From contig JAJCYF010000108.1 in assembly GCA_029263035.1 (NCBI GenBank), positions 1-52,848 of the forward strand: a DNA stretch of 52,848 nt, read 5' to 3'. Made by a program: the position numbers and the translations under genes. Origin of the DNA: Actinomycetes bacterium. Lineage in GTDB: Bacteria > Actinomycetota > CADDZG01 > JAHWKV01. Shown one piece after another: positions 38,359 through 46,638 of this stretch; position 1 is the stretch's first letter; each line of letters starts with the position of its first letter. Below the pieces are notes generated by a model. That model ran no database searches. It saw only the letters and a list, made by a program, of their open reading frames with translations, and was not told where the DNA came from.

Positions 38359-39293
38359 GGATCTTCCTTGGTGGTTCCCGGGGTTTGGTGTTGTACGAGG
38401 ATGAGGAGCTGACCCAGCTCCACAGCGAGCCCCTGGTAAGTGCGGTCCGGCCGAACTCCGGCCGGCTGGTGGCAGGAACGGAAGCCGGGTCCATCCTGGT
38501 GTACGAGGGCAACGGAGAGGTCCGGGTGGCGGCCAAGGACCTGGGCCGCGGCGTGGAGGGCCTGGCGGTTGGCGCCGATGGGACCATCTTTGCCGGCTTG
38601 ATCCCCGCAGCCATGTGGGTCAGCACCGATCAGGGCGACACCTGGGAGGAGCTCGGCGCCTTCACCAAGATTCCCAACGCGGACACCTGGACCGCTCCCT
38701 GGGGTACCCCTCTGGTGTCGGCGATCGCTACTCACCCCAAAGATCCGGGGACGGTATTTGCCGGGGTTGAGGTAGGCGGCATCTACCGCAGCCGGGACGC
38801 CGGGAAGTCGTGGACGGACCTGAGCGCCCCGGTTTTGGACATCCACTCGATACAGGTCTGTCCGGCCAAGCCTGAGCGGGTGTACGTCACCAGCGGCGAG
38901 GGCGGCTTTGTGTCCGACGACGAGGGATTCGGCTGGCGGCCGATGGGCACCTCCAACAAACGGCAGTACACCATGGGGCTGGCGGCGCACCCGTCGGAGG
39001 CCGACCGGGTCATAGTTTCCGCCGCCAAGGGCCCCCCGCCCACCTGGGACGGTCCCGACGGCGCCCAGTGCGACATCTACCTGTCCACGGACTCGGGACG
39101 CCGGTTCCGCACCGTGGTCCGGGGGATGGAGGGGGGCGTGCACCGCAAGGCGCTGGTGATCAACTCCAAGGTCCCCTCGGAGATAGTCTTCGGCACCTCA
39201 ACCGGCCAGCTTTTCTACTCCAACGACGGAGGTGAGACCTTCGACGAGGAGGCCGCCGACCTGGGAGACCTGAGGACGATCGTATTCGCCTGA
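38355..39293 (+). CDS. BNR/Asp-box repeat beta-propeller protein (Ycf48/sialidase-like fold), cytoplasmic
   Basis: ATGA overlap with the sucC stop. Five Asp-box-like motifs: STDQGDTW, SRDAGKSW, SDDEGFGW, STDSGRRF, SNDGGETF. No signal peptide. Confidence 0.7.
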   Translation: MRIFLGGSRGLVLYEDEELTQLHSEPLVSAVRPNSGRLVAGTEAGSILVYEGNGEVRVAAKDLGRGVEGLAVGADGTIFAGLIPAAMWVSTDQGDTWEELGAFTKIPNADTWTAPWGTPLVSAIATHPKDPGTVFAGVEVGGIYRSRDAGKSWTDLSAPVLDIHSIQVCPAKPERVYVTSGEGGFVSDDEGFGWRPMGTSNKRQYTMGLAAHPSEADRVIVSAAKGPPPTWDGPDGAQCDIYLSTDSGRRFRTVVRGMEGGVHRKALVINSKVPSEIVFGTSTGQLFYSNDGGETFDEEAADLGDLRTIVFA

Positions 39294-39308
39294 CGGGGCG
39301 CAGCTAAA

Positions 39309-40181
39309 TTGGCCATCTTTGTCGACCGGGACACCCGCGTCGTCGTCCAGGGGCTAACCGGCGAGCAGGGCCGCTTCCACGCCGCCCGCATGGCGGAGTA
39401 CGGTACCCGGGTGGTCGCCGGTGTCACCCCCGGCAAGGGCGGACAGCAGGTGGACAAGGTGCCGGTGTTCGATTCCGTGGAGGAAGCAGTCTCTGGGACC
39501 GGGGCCAACGCGGCGGTCATCTTCGTCCCCGCCGCCCACGCCACCGACGCCATCCTGGAGGCCGCCGCCTCCGCCGTTCCGCTGATCATCTGCGTCACCG
39601 AGGGCGTCCCGGTCCACGACATGGCCCGGGTCTACACCCATCTGTCGTGCGGCGGTTCGGCCAGCCGGCTCATCGGCCCCAACTGCCCCGGAGTGATCGC
39701 CCCGGGCAGGTCGAACGTGGGGATCATCCCCGGTTCGGTAGCGAGCCCCGGCCCGGTGGGCCTGGTCTCTCGCTCCGGCACCCTGACCTACCAGATCATG
39801 GACGAGCTGACCTCGATGGGGATCGGGCAGAGCACCACCGTCGGCATCGGCGGGGACCCGATAGTGGGCACCGACTTCATCGACTGCCTGACCCGGTTCG
39901 AGCAGGACCCCGAAACCGAGATAGTGGTGCTGATCGGCGAGATCGGCGGCGAGGACGAGGAGAAGGCGGCTGCTTTTATCGCAGGCAACGTCAGCAAACC
40001 GGTGGTGGCCTACATCGCCGGTTTTACCGCACCGCCGGGCAAACGAATGGGCCACGCCGGCGCCATCGTGTCCGGCTCCCGGGGGACGGCTGCAGCCAAA
40101 GCAGCGGCGCTGGAGGCGGTGGGGGTGCGGGTGGGCCGCAATCCGAGCGAGGTCGCCGGGCTGGTGGCGGCCCTCACATAA
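39309..40181 (+). CDS. sucD: Succinyl-CoA synthetase alpha subunit
   Basis: TTG start giving [18 protein letters not shown]. Phosphohistidine loop [11 protein letters not shown]. Confidence 0.95.
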   Translation: MAIFVDRDTRVVVQGLTGEQGRFHAARMAEYGTRVVAGVTPGKGGQQVDKVPVFDSVEEAVSGTGANAAVIFVPAAHATDAILEAAASAVPLIICVTEGVPVHDMARVYTHLSCGGSASRLIGPNCPGVIAPGRSNVGIIPGSVASPGPVGLVSRSGTLTYQIMDELTSMGIGQSTTVGIGGDPIVGTDFIDCLTRFEQDPETEIVVLIGEIGGEDEEKAAAFIAGNVSKPVVAYIAGFTAPPGKRMGHAGAIVSGSRGTAAAKAAALEAVGVRVGRNPSEVAGLVAALT

Positions 40182-40218
40182 CAGGCCGGGGACCGGCCGG
40201 GCAGGATATCCTTCGAGC

Positions 40219-41733
40219 ATGAAAATCAAACGAGCGCTCCTTTCGGTCAGCGACAAGACGGGCATCGAGGAGCTGGCCCGGGGCCTGATCGAGCAGCAGG
40301 TGTCGCTCATCGCATCGGGCGGGACCGCCCGAATGCTGGCCAAGGCGGGTATTCCGACCACCGCGGTGAGCGAGGTCACCGGCTCGCCGGAGATGCTGGA
40401 CGGACGGGTCAAGACCATGCACCCGCGGATCCACGGCGCCATCCTGGCCGACCGGCGCAAGCCCCAGCACCTGGCGCAGCTGAAGGCCAACGACATCACC
40501 GCGATCGACCTGGTGGTCTGCAACCTCTACCCGTTCACGAAGACCATCGAGAAGGCCGGGGTGAGCGACGATGAGGCGGTGGAGAACATCGACATCGGCG
40601 GCCCGGCGATGGTCCGGGCGGCCGCCAAGAACTTCAAGTCCGTCGCCGTCGTGGTCAACCCGGACAAGTACCCGGTGATCCTGGAGGAGATGAAGAGCCG
40701 GTCCGGGGGCATCTCCGACGAGACCCGGGCGGCGCTGGCCGCCGAGGCGTTCGCTCACACCGCGGCCTACGATGTGGCCATCAGCCAGTGGATGAACCGG
40801 GCGGGCGACTTCCCGGAGAAGATGTTTTTGAAGCTGGAGCGGCAGGGCGAGATGCGCTACGGCGAGAACCCGCACCAGCCGGGCGCGTTCTACGCCTCTT
40901 CCACCCCCTCCTGGCGCCAGCTCTGGGGCAAGCAGATGTCGTTCACCAACCTGCTGGACTTCGACTCCGCCTGGCGCCTGGTCAACGAGTTCGATCAGCC
41001 GGCGGTGGCCATCATCAAGCACACCAACCCGTGCGGGGTGGCCACGGGCAAGAGCGTCGAGGACGCCTACCTGCGGGCTCTGGAGGCCGACGAGAGGTCC
41101 GCCTTCGGCGGCATCGTCGCCTCCAACCGTCCCATCGACGGGTTCGCCGCCAAACGGGTGACCGAGATCTTCACCGAGATCGTCATCGCACCCGGGTTCA
41201 CCCAACAGGGTCTGGAGGCGCTGAAGGCCAAGAAGAACCTGCGGGTGCTGGTCAGCCCCAAGCCGTTCGCCAACCCGGTGGAGGTCAAGTCCGCCGCTGA
41301 GGGCTACCTGCTGCAGAAGGTCGACGAACAGCGCAACGACAAGCGAGAGGACATGATCATCGCGGGCAGCTACGAGCCGGCCGAGGAGGACTGGGACGAC
41401 CTGCTGTTCGGCCTGGCGGTGGTCAAGCACGTGAAGTCCAACGCGGTGGTGTTCGCCAAGAACCGCCAGACGGTGGGCGTGGGAGCCGGTCAGATGAGCC
41501 GGGTGGACGCGGTCGACCTGGCGGCCCGCCGGGCCGGCAACCGGGCAAAAGGCTCCATCTGCGCCACCGACGGTTTCTTCCCGATGCCCGACGGCCTGGA
41601 GGCCGCCATCGAGGCGGGGGCCCGGGCGGTCATCCACCCGGGAGGCTCCATCCGGGACTCCGAGGTGATTGCGGTGGCGGACAAACACAAGGTCCCGATG
41701 GTGTTCACCGGCAAGAGGCACTTCAAGCATTGA
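40219..41733 (+). CDS. purH: Bifunctional AICAR formyltransferase / IMP cyclohydrolase
   Basis: MKIKRALLSVSDKTGI, GGTA, VKTMHPRIHG, VVCNLYPF, KHTNPCG, and the C-terminal RHFKH. Confidence 0.96.
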   Translation: MKIKRALLSVSDKTGIEELARGLIEQQVSLIASGGTARMLAKAGIPTTAVSEVTGSPEMLDGRVKTMHPRIHGAILADRRKPQHLAQLKANDITAIDLVVCNLYPFTKTIEKAGVSDDEAVENIDIGGPAMVRAAAKNFKSVAVVVNPDKYPVILEEMKSRSGGISDETRAALAAEAFAHTAAYDVAISQWMNRAGDFPEKMFLKLERQGEMRYGENPHQPGAFYASSTPSWRQLWGKQMSFTNLLDFDSAWRLVNEFDQPAVAIIKHTNPCGVATGKSVEDAYLRALEADERSAFGGIVASNRPIDGFAAKRVTEIFTEIVIAPGFTQQGLEALKAKKNLRVLVSPKPFANPVEVKSAAEGYLLQKVDEQRNDKREDMIIAGSYEPAEEDWDDLLFGLAVVKHVKSNAVVFAKNRQTVGVGAGQMSRVDAVDLAARRAGNRAKGSICATDGFFPMPDGLEAAIEAGARAVIHPGGSIRDSEVIAVADKHKVPMVFTGKRHFKH

Positions 41734-41761
41734 TTCGGGGCCGTGGGGGTACACTGGGGGT

Positions 41762-41983
41762 ATGCCTAAAGTCAGCATCTATCTTCCGGATTCGCTGTAC
41801 CGCCGGGCCCAGGAAAAGGGACTGTCCCTTTCAACCCTGACGCAACGGGCAGTTGAGCGTGCGCTGAATGAGTCGAGTGCAGCAGACTGGGTTGCACGGG
41901 TCCGCTCTCGGGAGGTCCGATTTCGGGAGACGGTCGACACCGCAGATCTACTCGACCGGGCTCGGGATGACTTCGGCAAATGA
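41762..41983 (+). CDS. vapB: Ribbon-helix-helix antitoxin, VapB-like
   Basis: Internal ATG 41762 (MPKVSIYLPDSLYRRAQEKGLSLSTLTQRAVERAL). ATGA overlap with the downstream PIN gene. Confidence 0.7.
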   Translation: MPKVSIYLPDSLYRRAQEKGLSLSTLTQRAVERALNESSAADWVARVRSREVRFRETVDTADLLDRARDDFGK

Positions 41984-42369
41984 TCGTGCTCGACGCGTCC
42001 GCCCTAATCGACGTTGTGCTCGACCAGCCCCCCGCGAACTGGGTGCTCGACCAGATAGCAGGCGAAGAAATCGCGGCTCCGGCTCATCAGGCAGCGGAGG
42101 TCCTTTCGGCGCTGTCCCGGCTGGTTCGTGCCGGCGCGCTTGATGCGGTGGCCGCGCAGGACGCGCTGGACGAGGCGCTGTCATTGCCCCAGCAGGTTGC
42201 CCCCCTGGCGCCGGACCACATCAGGCGAGCCTTCGATCTCCGAGAACGTATCCATGTTCTCGACGGTATCTACATCGCACTTGCCGAAGACCTGGAGTGC
42301 GCGATGGTGACCACCGATCTGCGGCTGGAAAGGGCGGGTGCGCCTTGTGAGGTGCGCACCCCGGATTAG
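41980..42369 (+). CDS. vapC: PIN-domain toxin, VapC family
   Basis: MIVLDASALIDVV ... DGIYIALAEDLECAMVTTDLRL. Confidence 0.85.
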   Translation: MIVLDASALIDVVLDQPPANWVLDQIAGEEIAAPAHQAAEVLSALSRLVRAGALDAVAAQDALDEALSLPQQVAPLAPDHIRRAFDLRERIHVLDGIYIALAEDLECAMVTTDLRLERAGAPCEVRTPD

Positions 42370-42399
42370 CTGAGCGGTCTGATTCTCGCCTCCCGGTAG

Positions 42400-43344
42400 T
42401 TGTGTATCGTGGTGAAGTTGACCGGGTTGTTGAAGGAGGACTTTATTTCTGCACGCAGCATCGACGGCAAACAGGTCTCGGCCGAGGTCAAGGAGCAGGT
42501 CCGCCTCGGCGTTGATGAGCTCAAAGTCTCCACCGGCATCACCCCGGGGCTGGCCGCCATCCTGGTCGGCGACGACCCGGCTTCCCAGGTCTACGTCGGC
42601 TCCAAGGAGAAGGCCGCTAAGGCGGCCGGGATGAACGGCTGGGTCCACCGTCTGCCGGCGACTGCATCGCAGGCCGAGGTGGAGGACACCATCTCCCGGA
42701 TGAACGAGGACCCGGCGGTCCACGGAATCCTGCTGCAGCTCCCGCTCCCCAAAGGCCTGGACTCCAACGCCGCGGTGGAGCTGATCGATCACCGCAAGGA
42801 CTCCGACGGGCTCACCTCCCGCAGCGCCGGCCTTTTGTCCCAGGGCCAGCCCCGCTTTGTCCCATGCACCGCGTTGGGCGTGCAGGTCCTGCTGGCCCAC
42901 TCGGGGACGGCGGTTAAGGGCAAGCAGGTGGTGGTGGTCGGCCGCTCCAACCTGGTCGGGCGTCCCCTGTCCATTCTGCTGTCCCTGAAAAGCGGTGCCG
43001 CCAACCCGCTCAACCCGGCGGAGAAGCTCCCCGCCGACGGCACGGTGACCCTGTGCCACACCGGCACCGCCGACCTCAAGGGTCACACTCTGGCCGCCGA
43101 CATCCTGATCGTTGCGGCCGGCGTCACCAAGTACGTCACCGGGGACATGATCAAGCCGGGCGCCACGGTGATCGATGTCGGTATCAACCGGGATGAGAAC
43201 GGCAAGCTGTGCGGGGATGTCGACTTCGCCTCTGCAGTGGAGGTGGCCGGCGCCATCACGCCGGTCCCCGGCGGGGTGGGGCCGATGACGGTGGCGATGT
43301 TGATGTCGAACACGCTGGCCGCAGCCAGGCTGTTGGGAAGCTGA
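42400..43344 (+). CDS. folD: Bifunctional methylenetetrahydrofolate dehydrogenase / cyclohydrolase
   Basis: IDGKQVSAEVKEQV, PGLAAILVGDDPASQVYV..K, HGILLQLPLP, VVVGRSNLVGRPL and PVPGGVGPMTVAML. The start is uncertain (TTG 42400, or downstream TTG/GTG up to 42430). Confidence 0.92.
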   Translation: MCIVVKLTGLLKEDFISARSIDGKQVSAEVKEQVRLGVDELKVSTGITPGLAAILVGDDPASQVYVGSKEKAAKAAGMNGWVHRLPATASQAEVEDTISRMNEDPAVHGILLQLPLPKGLDSNAAVELIDHRKDSDGLTSRSAGLLSQGQPRFVPCTALGVQVLLAHSGTAVKGKQVVVVGRSNLVGRPLSILLSLKSGAANPLNPAEKLPADGTVTLCHTGTADLKGHTLAADILIVAAGVTKYVTGDMIKPGATVIDVGINRDENGKLCGDVDFASAVEVAGAITPVPGGVGPMTVAMLMSNTLAAARLLGS

Positions 43345-43357
43345 TGCCTCGGCGCAC

Positions 43358-43729
43358 ATGACAACTCCGGGCGACCGCCTAAGAGACCAGGTGGAACGAA
43401 TGATCATTGCGCGTCCCGGCGGGGAGCTTGCCCGGGTGCTCGGCGGGGATGGAGATCTGTGGATCGTGGCCGCCAGAGACGTCGACTGGACCAACCCCAA
43501 GCGGCCGCACGTCGAATCGAGGTTCGTGCAGGGCTTCCACCGCTCAGACCTGTGGACCCGGATGGCGGCTTCCAACCCGGACGGCATTGAGGTCACCGGG
43601 TATCCGGTGGACGACGGGTCGCACGCCCTGGTCTTCGACTACCAGGTGGGCTCCCGTCCGGTGCACGAGAACCCCAGGGTCGGGTTGAGCGCCACCCCCC
43701 ACGGTGTCACCCTCTTCGTCACGGACTGA
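43358..43729 (+). CDS. Hypothetical protein
   Basis: 123-aa ORF, tightly spaced between folD and the DsbB-like gene. No motif recognised. Confidence 0.4.
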   Translation: MTTPGDRLRDQVERMIIARPGGELARVLGGDGDLWIVAARDVDWTNPKRPHVESRFVQGFHRSDLWTRMAASNPDGIEVTGYPVDDGSHALVFDYQVGSRPVHENPRVGLSATPHGVTLFVTD

Positions 43730-43731
43730 AG

Positions 43732-44319
43732 GTGTCGGTTGCCTTCATAACCCTGTTCCTGGCCCTGCTGGCACTGGTCGCGCAGGCCGGCGTGCTGGTG
43801 GCCCTGGTCCTGTGGTTCGGCCGTAGTTCGCCGGCACTGGGCCGGTGGGGGAAGTCGCTGCGGGATTCCGTCGCCCCCCAGGCGGTGCCCATGGCGTTAG
43901 CCGTGGCTTTGATCTGCACCCTGGGGAGCCTGTATCTGTCGGAGATCGCCCACTACGTTCCGTGCAAGCTGTGCTGGTACCAGCGGATCGCCATGTACCC
44001 GTTGGTACCTATCCTGCTCGCGGCGGCGCTTCGAAAGGACAACCGGGTGGCTCCCTACGTCCTGCCGCTGACGATAGTCGGGGGCCTGATCTCCGCCTAC
44101 CACCTGCTGCTGGAGCGATTCCCCCAGCTGGAAGGGGCGGCGAGCTGTGACCCCGACAACCCGTGCAGCGCGATTCTGCTGGTGCGCTTCGGCTACCTGA
44201 CGATCCCCACCATGGCTCTGTCAGGCTTCGCGCTGATCACGGTGCTGGTGCTTGTGGCGAGTAGTAGGGCGGACCCTTACGACCGCCGGTTGGGAGATTC
44301 GGTTTCTGGGCAAGCTTGA
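43732..44319 (+). CDS. DsbB/BdbC-family disulfide bond formation protein
   Basis: Four TM helices. First Cys pair in CKLCWYQRIAMYP. Second pair in CDPDNPC. Confidence 0.8.
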   Translation: MSVAFITLFLALLALVAQAGVLVALVLWFGRSSPALGRWGKSLRDSVAPQAVPMALAVALICTLGSLYLSEIAHYVPCKLCWYQRIAMYPLVPILLAAALRKDNRVAPYVLPLTIVGGLISAYHLLLERFPQLEGAASCDPDNPCSAILLVRFGYLTIPTMALSGFALITVLVLVASSRADPYDRRLGDSVSGQA

Positions 44320-44362
44320 ACCGGCCAAGCCAAAACACAGCACCCGATCCGAGGAGGAGTGA

Positions 44363-44515
44363 ATGGCTCAAACAAGGGACACGCAGCGTTCAAGAGGAGC
44401 TCTCGATTTGTTCGTGGACGAACGCGGAATTGTGGGTTGGCTCCTGGTGCTGATCGTTCTCGGAATCATCTTCGCCATCTGGCTTGTAGTGCAGGCATTG
44501 CAAGCCATAATCTGA
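44363..44515 (+). CDS. Small single-TM membrane protein (50 aa)
   Basis: Below the track cutoff. GAGGAGGAG SD, then ATG 44363 giving MAQTRDTQRSRGALDLFVDERGIVGWLLVLIVLGIIFAIWLVVQALQAII. TGA at 44513-15. A hairpin follows at 44524-44553. Confidence 0.4.
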   Translation: MAQTRDTQRSRGALDLFVDERGIVGWLLVLIVLGIIFAIWLVVQALQAII

Positions 44516-44809
44516 GTGAATCGCAGCCGGATAGTTTGCCTGCGGTCCGGCTGAGGTACGTATAACAGGACATTCCCCAACAACGTGGTTGGGATCCGGC
44601 GAAGGCGGCGCTTTTGCCAGGGCCCAATGCTGCGCCCCGGTCTTCTTCGCCACCGCCGGGCGTTCGGATGCATCCCATTTCGCACTCATCGTGCTCCCCA
44701 ACGCCCGGTCAGCTAACGCGTCGCCTTCGGGGCGGGCGTCTACATCCAACCGGCCAAGAAATGGTCCGCCGCAGTCAGGTCAATAAGCAGACAGGGAAGG
44801 GGGAGGCAT

Positions 44810-45289
44810 ATGGCACAGGCAACTGAGGAACGCGAGACGACCGCCCAGGGCATCGCATCGGGGTCCGAGACCAGGAATCTTCAGGGCAGGCAGAGCAGCG
44901 AGCTTGTCGGCGACAAAGGCAGAACCGCGATAGCGGACTCGGTCGTGGCGAAGATCGCGGGCATCGCCGCGCGGGAGATCCCCGGAGTACACAAAATGGG
45001 CTCCGGAGGCGCTCGGGCGTTTGGCGCGATTCGTGATCGGCTCCCGGTAGGAGGCGAAGGACTCGCCCAGGGGATCAAGGTGGAGGTCGGCAAGAAGGAG
45101 GCCGCCATCGACGCGGACGTCGTGGTCGAGTACGGGATGTCGATCGTCGATGTCACCCAGGGCGTCCGGCGCAACGTCATCGACCGGGTCGAGGGCATGA
45201 CCGGCCTGGACGTCAAGGAGGTCAACGTCTACGTGGACGACATCTGGACCGGCGAGGAGAAGTCGGACGAGCAGCCACGGGTTTCGTGA
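44810..45289 (+). CDS. Asp23/Gls24-family envelope stress protein
   Basis: GGGAGG SD. GRTAIADSVVAKIAGIAAREIPGV..., VEVGKKEAAIDADVVVEYG.SIVDV...R.NVI..VE.MTGL.V.EVNV.V.D. Confidence 0.88.
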   Translation: MAQATEERETTAQGIASGSETRNLQGRQSSELVGDKGRTAIADSVVAKIAGIAAREIPGVHKMGSGGARAFGAIRDRLPVGGEGLAQGIKVEVGKKEAAIDADVVVEYGMSIVDVTQGVRRNVIDRVEGMTGLDVKEVNVYVDDIWTGEEKSDEQPRVS

Positions 45290-45570
45290 CCGACCAGGAT
45301 GTGGACGCCGAGGCCGTGGCCGAGCGCGCCCTGCAGAGCGGGTCTGTCTCGGGTTTGTACCCGGGCGGAGCGGTGGAGGTGGCAACCTACCTCCCGGGCA
45401 AAAAGATCAGCGGGGTGAGGGTCAGGGAGGATGAGGTCGAGGTCCACGTCGTCGCACGATGGTCTCTGCGCCTCCCCGAGGTCGCTGACGAGGTCCGAGC
45501 GCTGGTTACTCCGCTTGCGGGCGGGCTTCCGGTCTCCGTTTACATCGACGATGTCGATTCACCCCTCTAG
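45286..45570 (+). CDS. Asp23-like protein (short second copy)
   Basis: GTGA overlap with the upstream gene. ...VRVREDEVEVHVVARWSLRLPEVADEVRALV...LPVSVYIDDV resembles the Asp23 C-terminal half. Confidence 0.6.
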   Translation: MTDQDVDAEAVAERALQSGSVSGLYPGGAVEVATYLPGKKISGVRVREDEVEVHVVARWSLRLPEVADEVRALVTPLAGGLPVSVYIDDVDSPL

Positions 45571-45586
45571 ACCGAGCAGTCGGTAG

Positions 45587-46036
45587 GTGGACCGGGACAT
45601 TGCGCGGCAGGTCCTTGGGGTCGGACCCCGTGCCGGAGCCGAGCAGGTCAAGGCAGCCTTCCGTTCGGCGGTTCTGACCCACCATCCCGACCGCGGCGGG
45701 GATCCGCGGTTGATGAGGCAGCTATTGGAAGCCGTCTCTGCCCTTACGGATCCTGGGGGGACGGCAGGTTCAGTGGGGGCCTACCGCCGGCGCCGGGGCC
45801 TGGGTGCGATTGCGCAGAACCGGCACCGGAAACGGGACCGGAAGGCTGCATTGGGGGAATTTGAGAAGGCAGGCTCAACTCAAACAGAAGGAGAAGCTGG
45901 TGAAAATGTCGACCGTCGGACTCTTCGTTGGATTGTTGCTGGGGGCCGTGCTGGTTTTCGAGGGCTTCGGGGCCATGTTGATCGTGGCCCTCTTCGGCGC
46001 CATCGGGTACGTGGCGGCGAAGGTGATGGAAGGTGA
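45587..46036 (+). CDS. J-domain (DnaJ-like, HPD motif) protein; 3' end uncertain
   Basis: GTG start. ARQVLGVGPRAGAEQVKAAFRSAVLTHHPDRGGDPRLMRQLLEAVSALTD fits J-domain helices I-III with HPD. The last 44 codons or so overlap the next gene out of frame and look like Arg/Gly-rich off-frame translation. Confidence 0.5.
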   Translation: MDRDIARQVLGVGPRAGAEQVKAAFRSAVLTHHPDRGGDPRLMRQLLEAVSALTDPGGTAGSVGAYRRRRGLGAIAQNRHRKRDRKAALGEFEKAGSTQTEGEAGENVDRRTLRWIVAGGRAGFRGLRGHVDRGPLRRHRVRGGEGDGR

Positions 46037-46082
46037 GATCGATCTGAACCATTACCTGGGCAACCGCAGCGGCCGCCGATGA
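45906..46082 (+). CDS. Small two-helix membrane protein (DUF2273-like, typical of Asp23 clusters)
   Basis: Internal ATG 45906 gives MSTVGLFVGLLLGAVLVFEGFGAMLIVALFGAIGYVAAKVMEGEIDL. AAGGAG lies upstream. Confidence 0.6.
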   Translation: MSTVGLFVGLLLGAVLVFEGFGAMLIVALFGAIGYVAAKVMEGEIDLNHYLGNRSGRR

Positions 46083-46104
46083 CCGAGGTCGAAAGGAGCC
46101 GGGC

Positions 46105-46638
46105 ATGAGGTGGCTGAACCGGGTGCTGGCGGCAATTTTCGGACTTGCCCTCGCAATCGCCGGGGGCGCGGTGGTGTGGGGAGCTGTGGCGGCCGTGCTG
46201 GAGCCATCTTCCCGGCGCATACCCTATGAAGGCTGGATCGCGTCCCAGGACGCCTACCGGTGGAATTCGCCGGAGGTTCTGTGGATGGGCGCCGGTTTGG
46301 CCGCCGTGGGCCTGCTCCTGGTGGCCCTTCAGCTGTTACCCCGTAGACCTTCGGCCCTGGGTGCCGCCTTTGGTGAGAACGGGGCGAGGGTCGAGGTTGA
46401 CCGGACCGGCCTCGAGCAGGCTCTCACCCGTGAAGCTGCCGGGGTCGAGGGCGTCACCGGGGCAAAAACTCGGAGCCGGCGCAGGAAGGTGAGGACAAAG
46501 GTGGATGTTCCCGGCGGCGGCGACCGGGCAACAACCGAGGCGGTCGAAGGCGTCCTGCGAAGCGGGTTGAAGCGGTTCAGGGTCAAACCCAGCCCCCGGA
46601 TTGCGGTTTCCTCTCGTGCCAGGGGGAGGGCCCGATGA
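46105..46638 (+). CDS. Membrane protein of Asp23 clusters (DUF6286-like)
   Basis: AAGGAG SD. Two N-terminal TM helices, then VEVDRTGLEQALTREAAGVEGV. Assignment rests on position in the cluster. Confidence 0.5.
   Translation: MRWLNRVLAAIFGLALAIAGGAVVWGAVAAVLEPSSRRIPYEGWIASQDAYRWNSPEVLWMGAGLAAVGLLLVALQLLPRRPSALGAAFGENGARVEVDRTGLEQALTREAAGVEGVTGAKTRSRRRKVRTKVDVPGGGDRATTEAVEGVLRSGLKRFRVKPSPRIAVSSRARGRAR

Noticed and set aside
40174-41778. Long antisense ORFs. Examples: 40174-41778 opposite purH, 9907-11394 and 9897-10856 opposite glmM, 12820-14349 opposite nnr/alr, 42181-43596 opposite folD. Also 47975-49108 opposite the HNH gene, 5819-7366 opposite rplQ/truA, 744-1832 opposite map/FKBP, 18915-20198 opposite the nSTAND gene, and 37884-39143 opposite sucC and the propeller gene.
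   Set aside because: Each lies opposite a gene with clear conserved motifs and translates to low-complexity Arg/Gly/Pro/His-rich sequence. This is the expected stop-codon-poor shadow frame of high-GC DNA.
44359-44786. Track ORFs 44359-44565 (+), 44589-44786 (+), 44368-44685 (-) and 44390-44749 (-)
   Set aside because: All translate to Arg/Pro/Ser-rich junk and overlap each other. The only ORF here with an SD and a coherent TM helix is the 50-codon one at 44363-44515. The rest is treated as non-coding leader.
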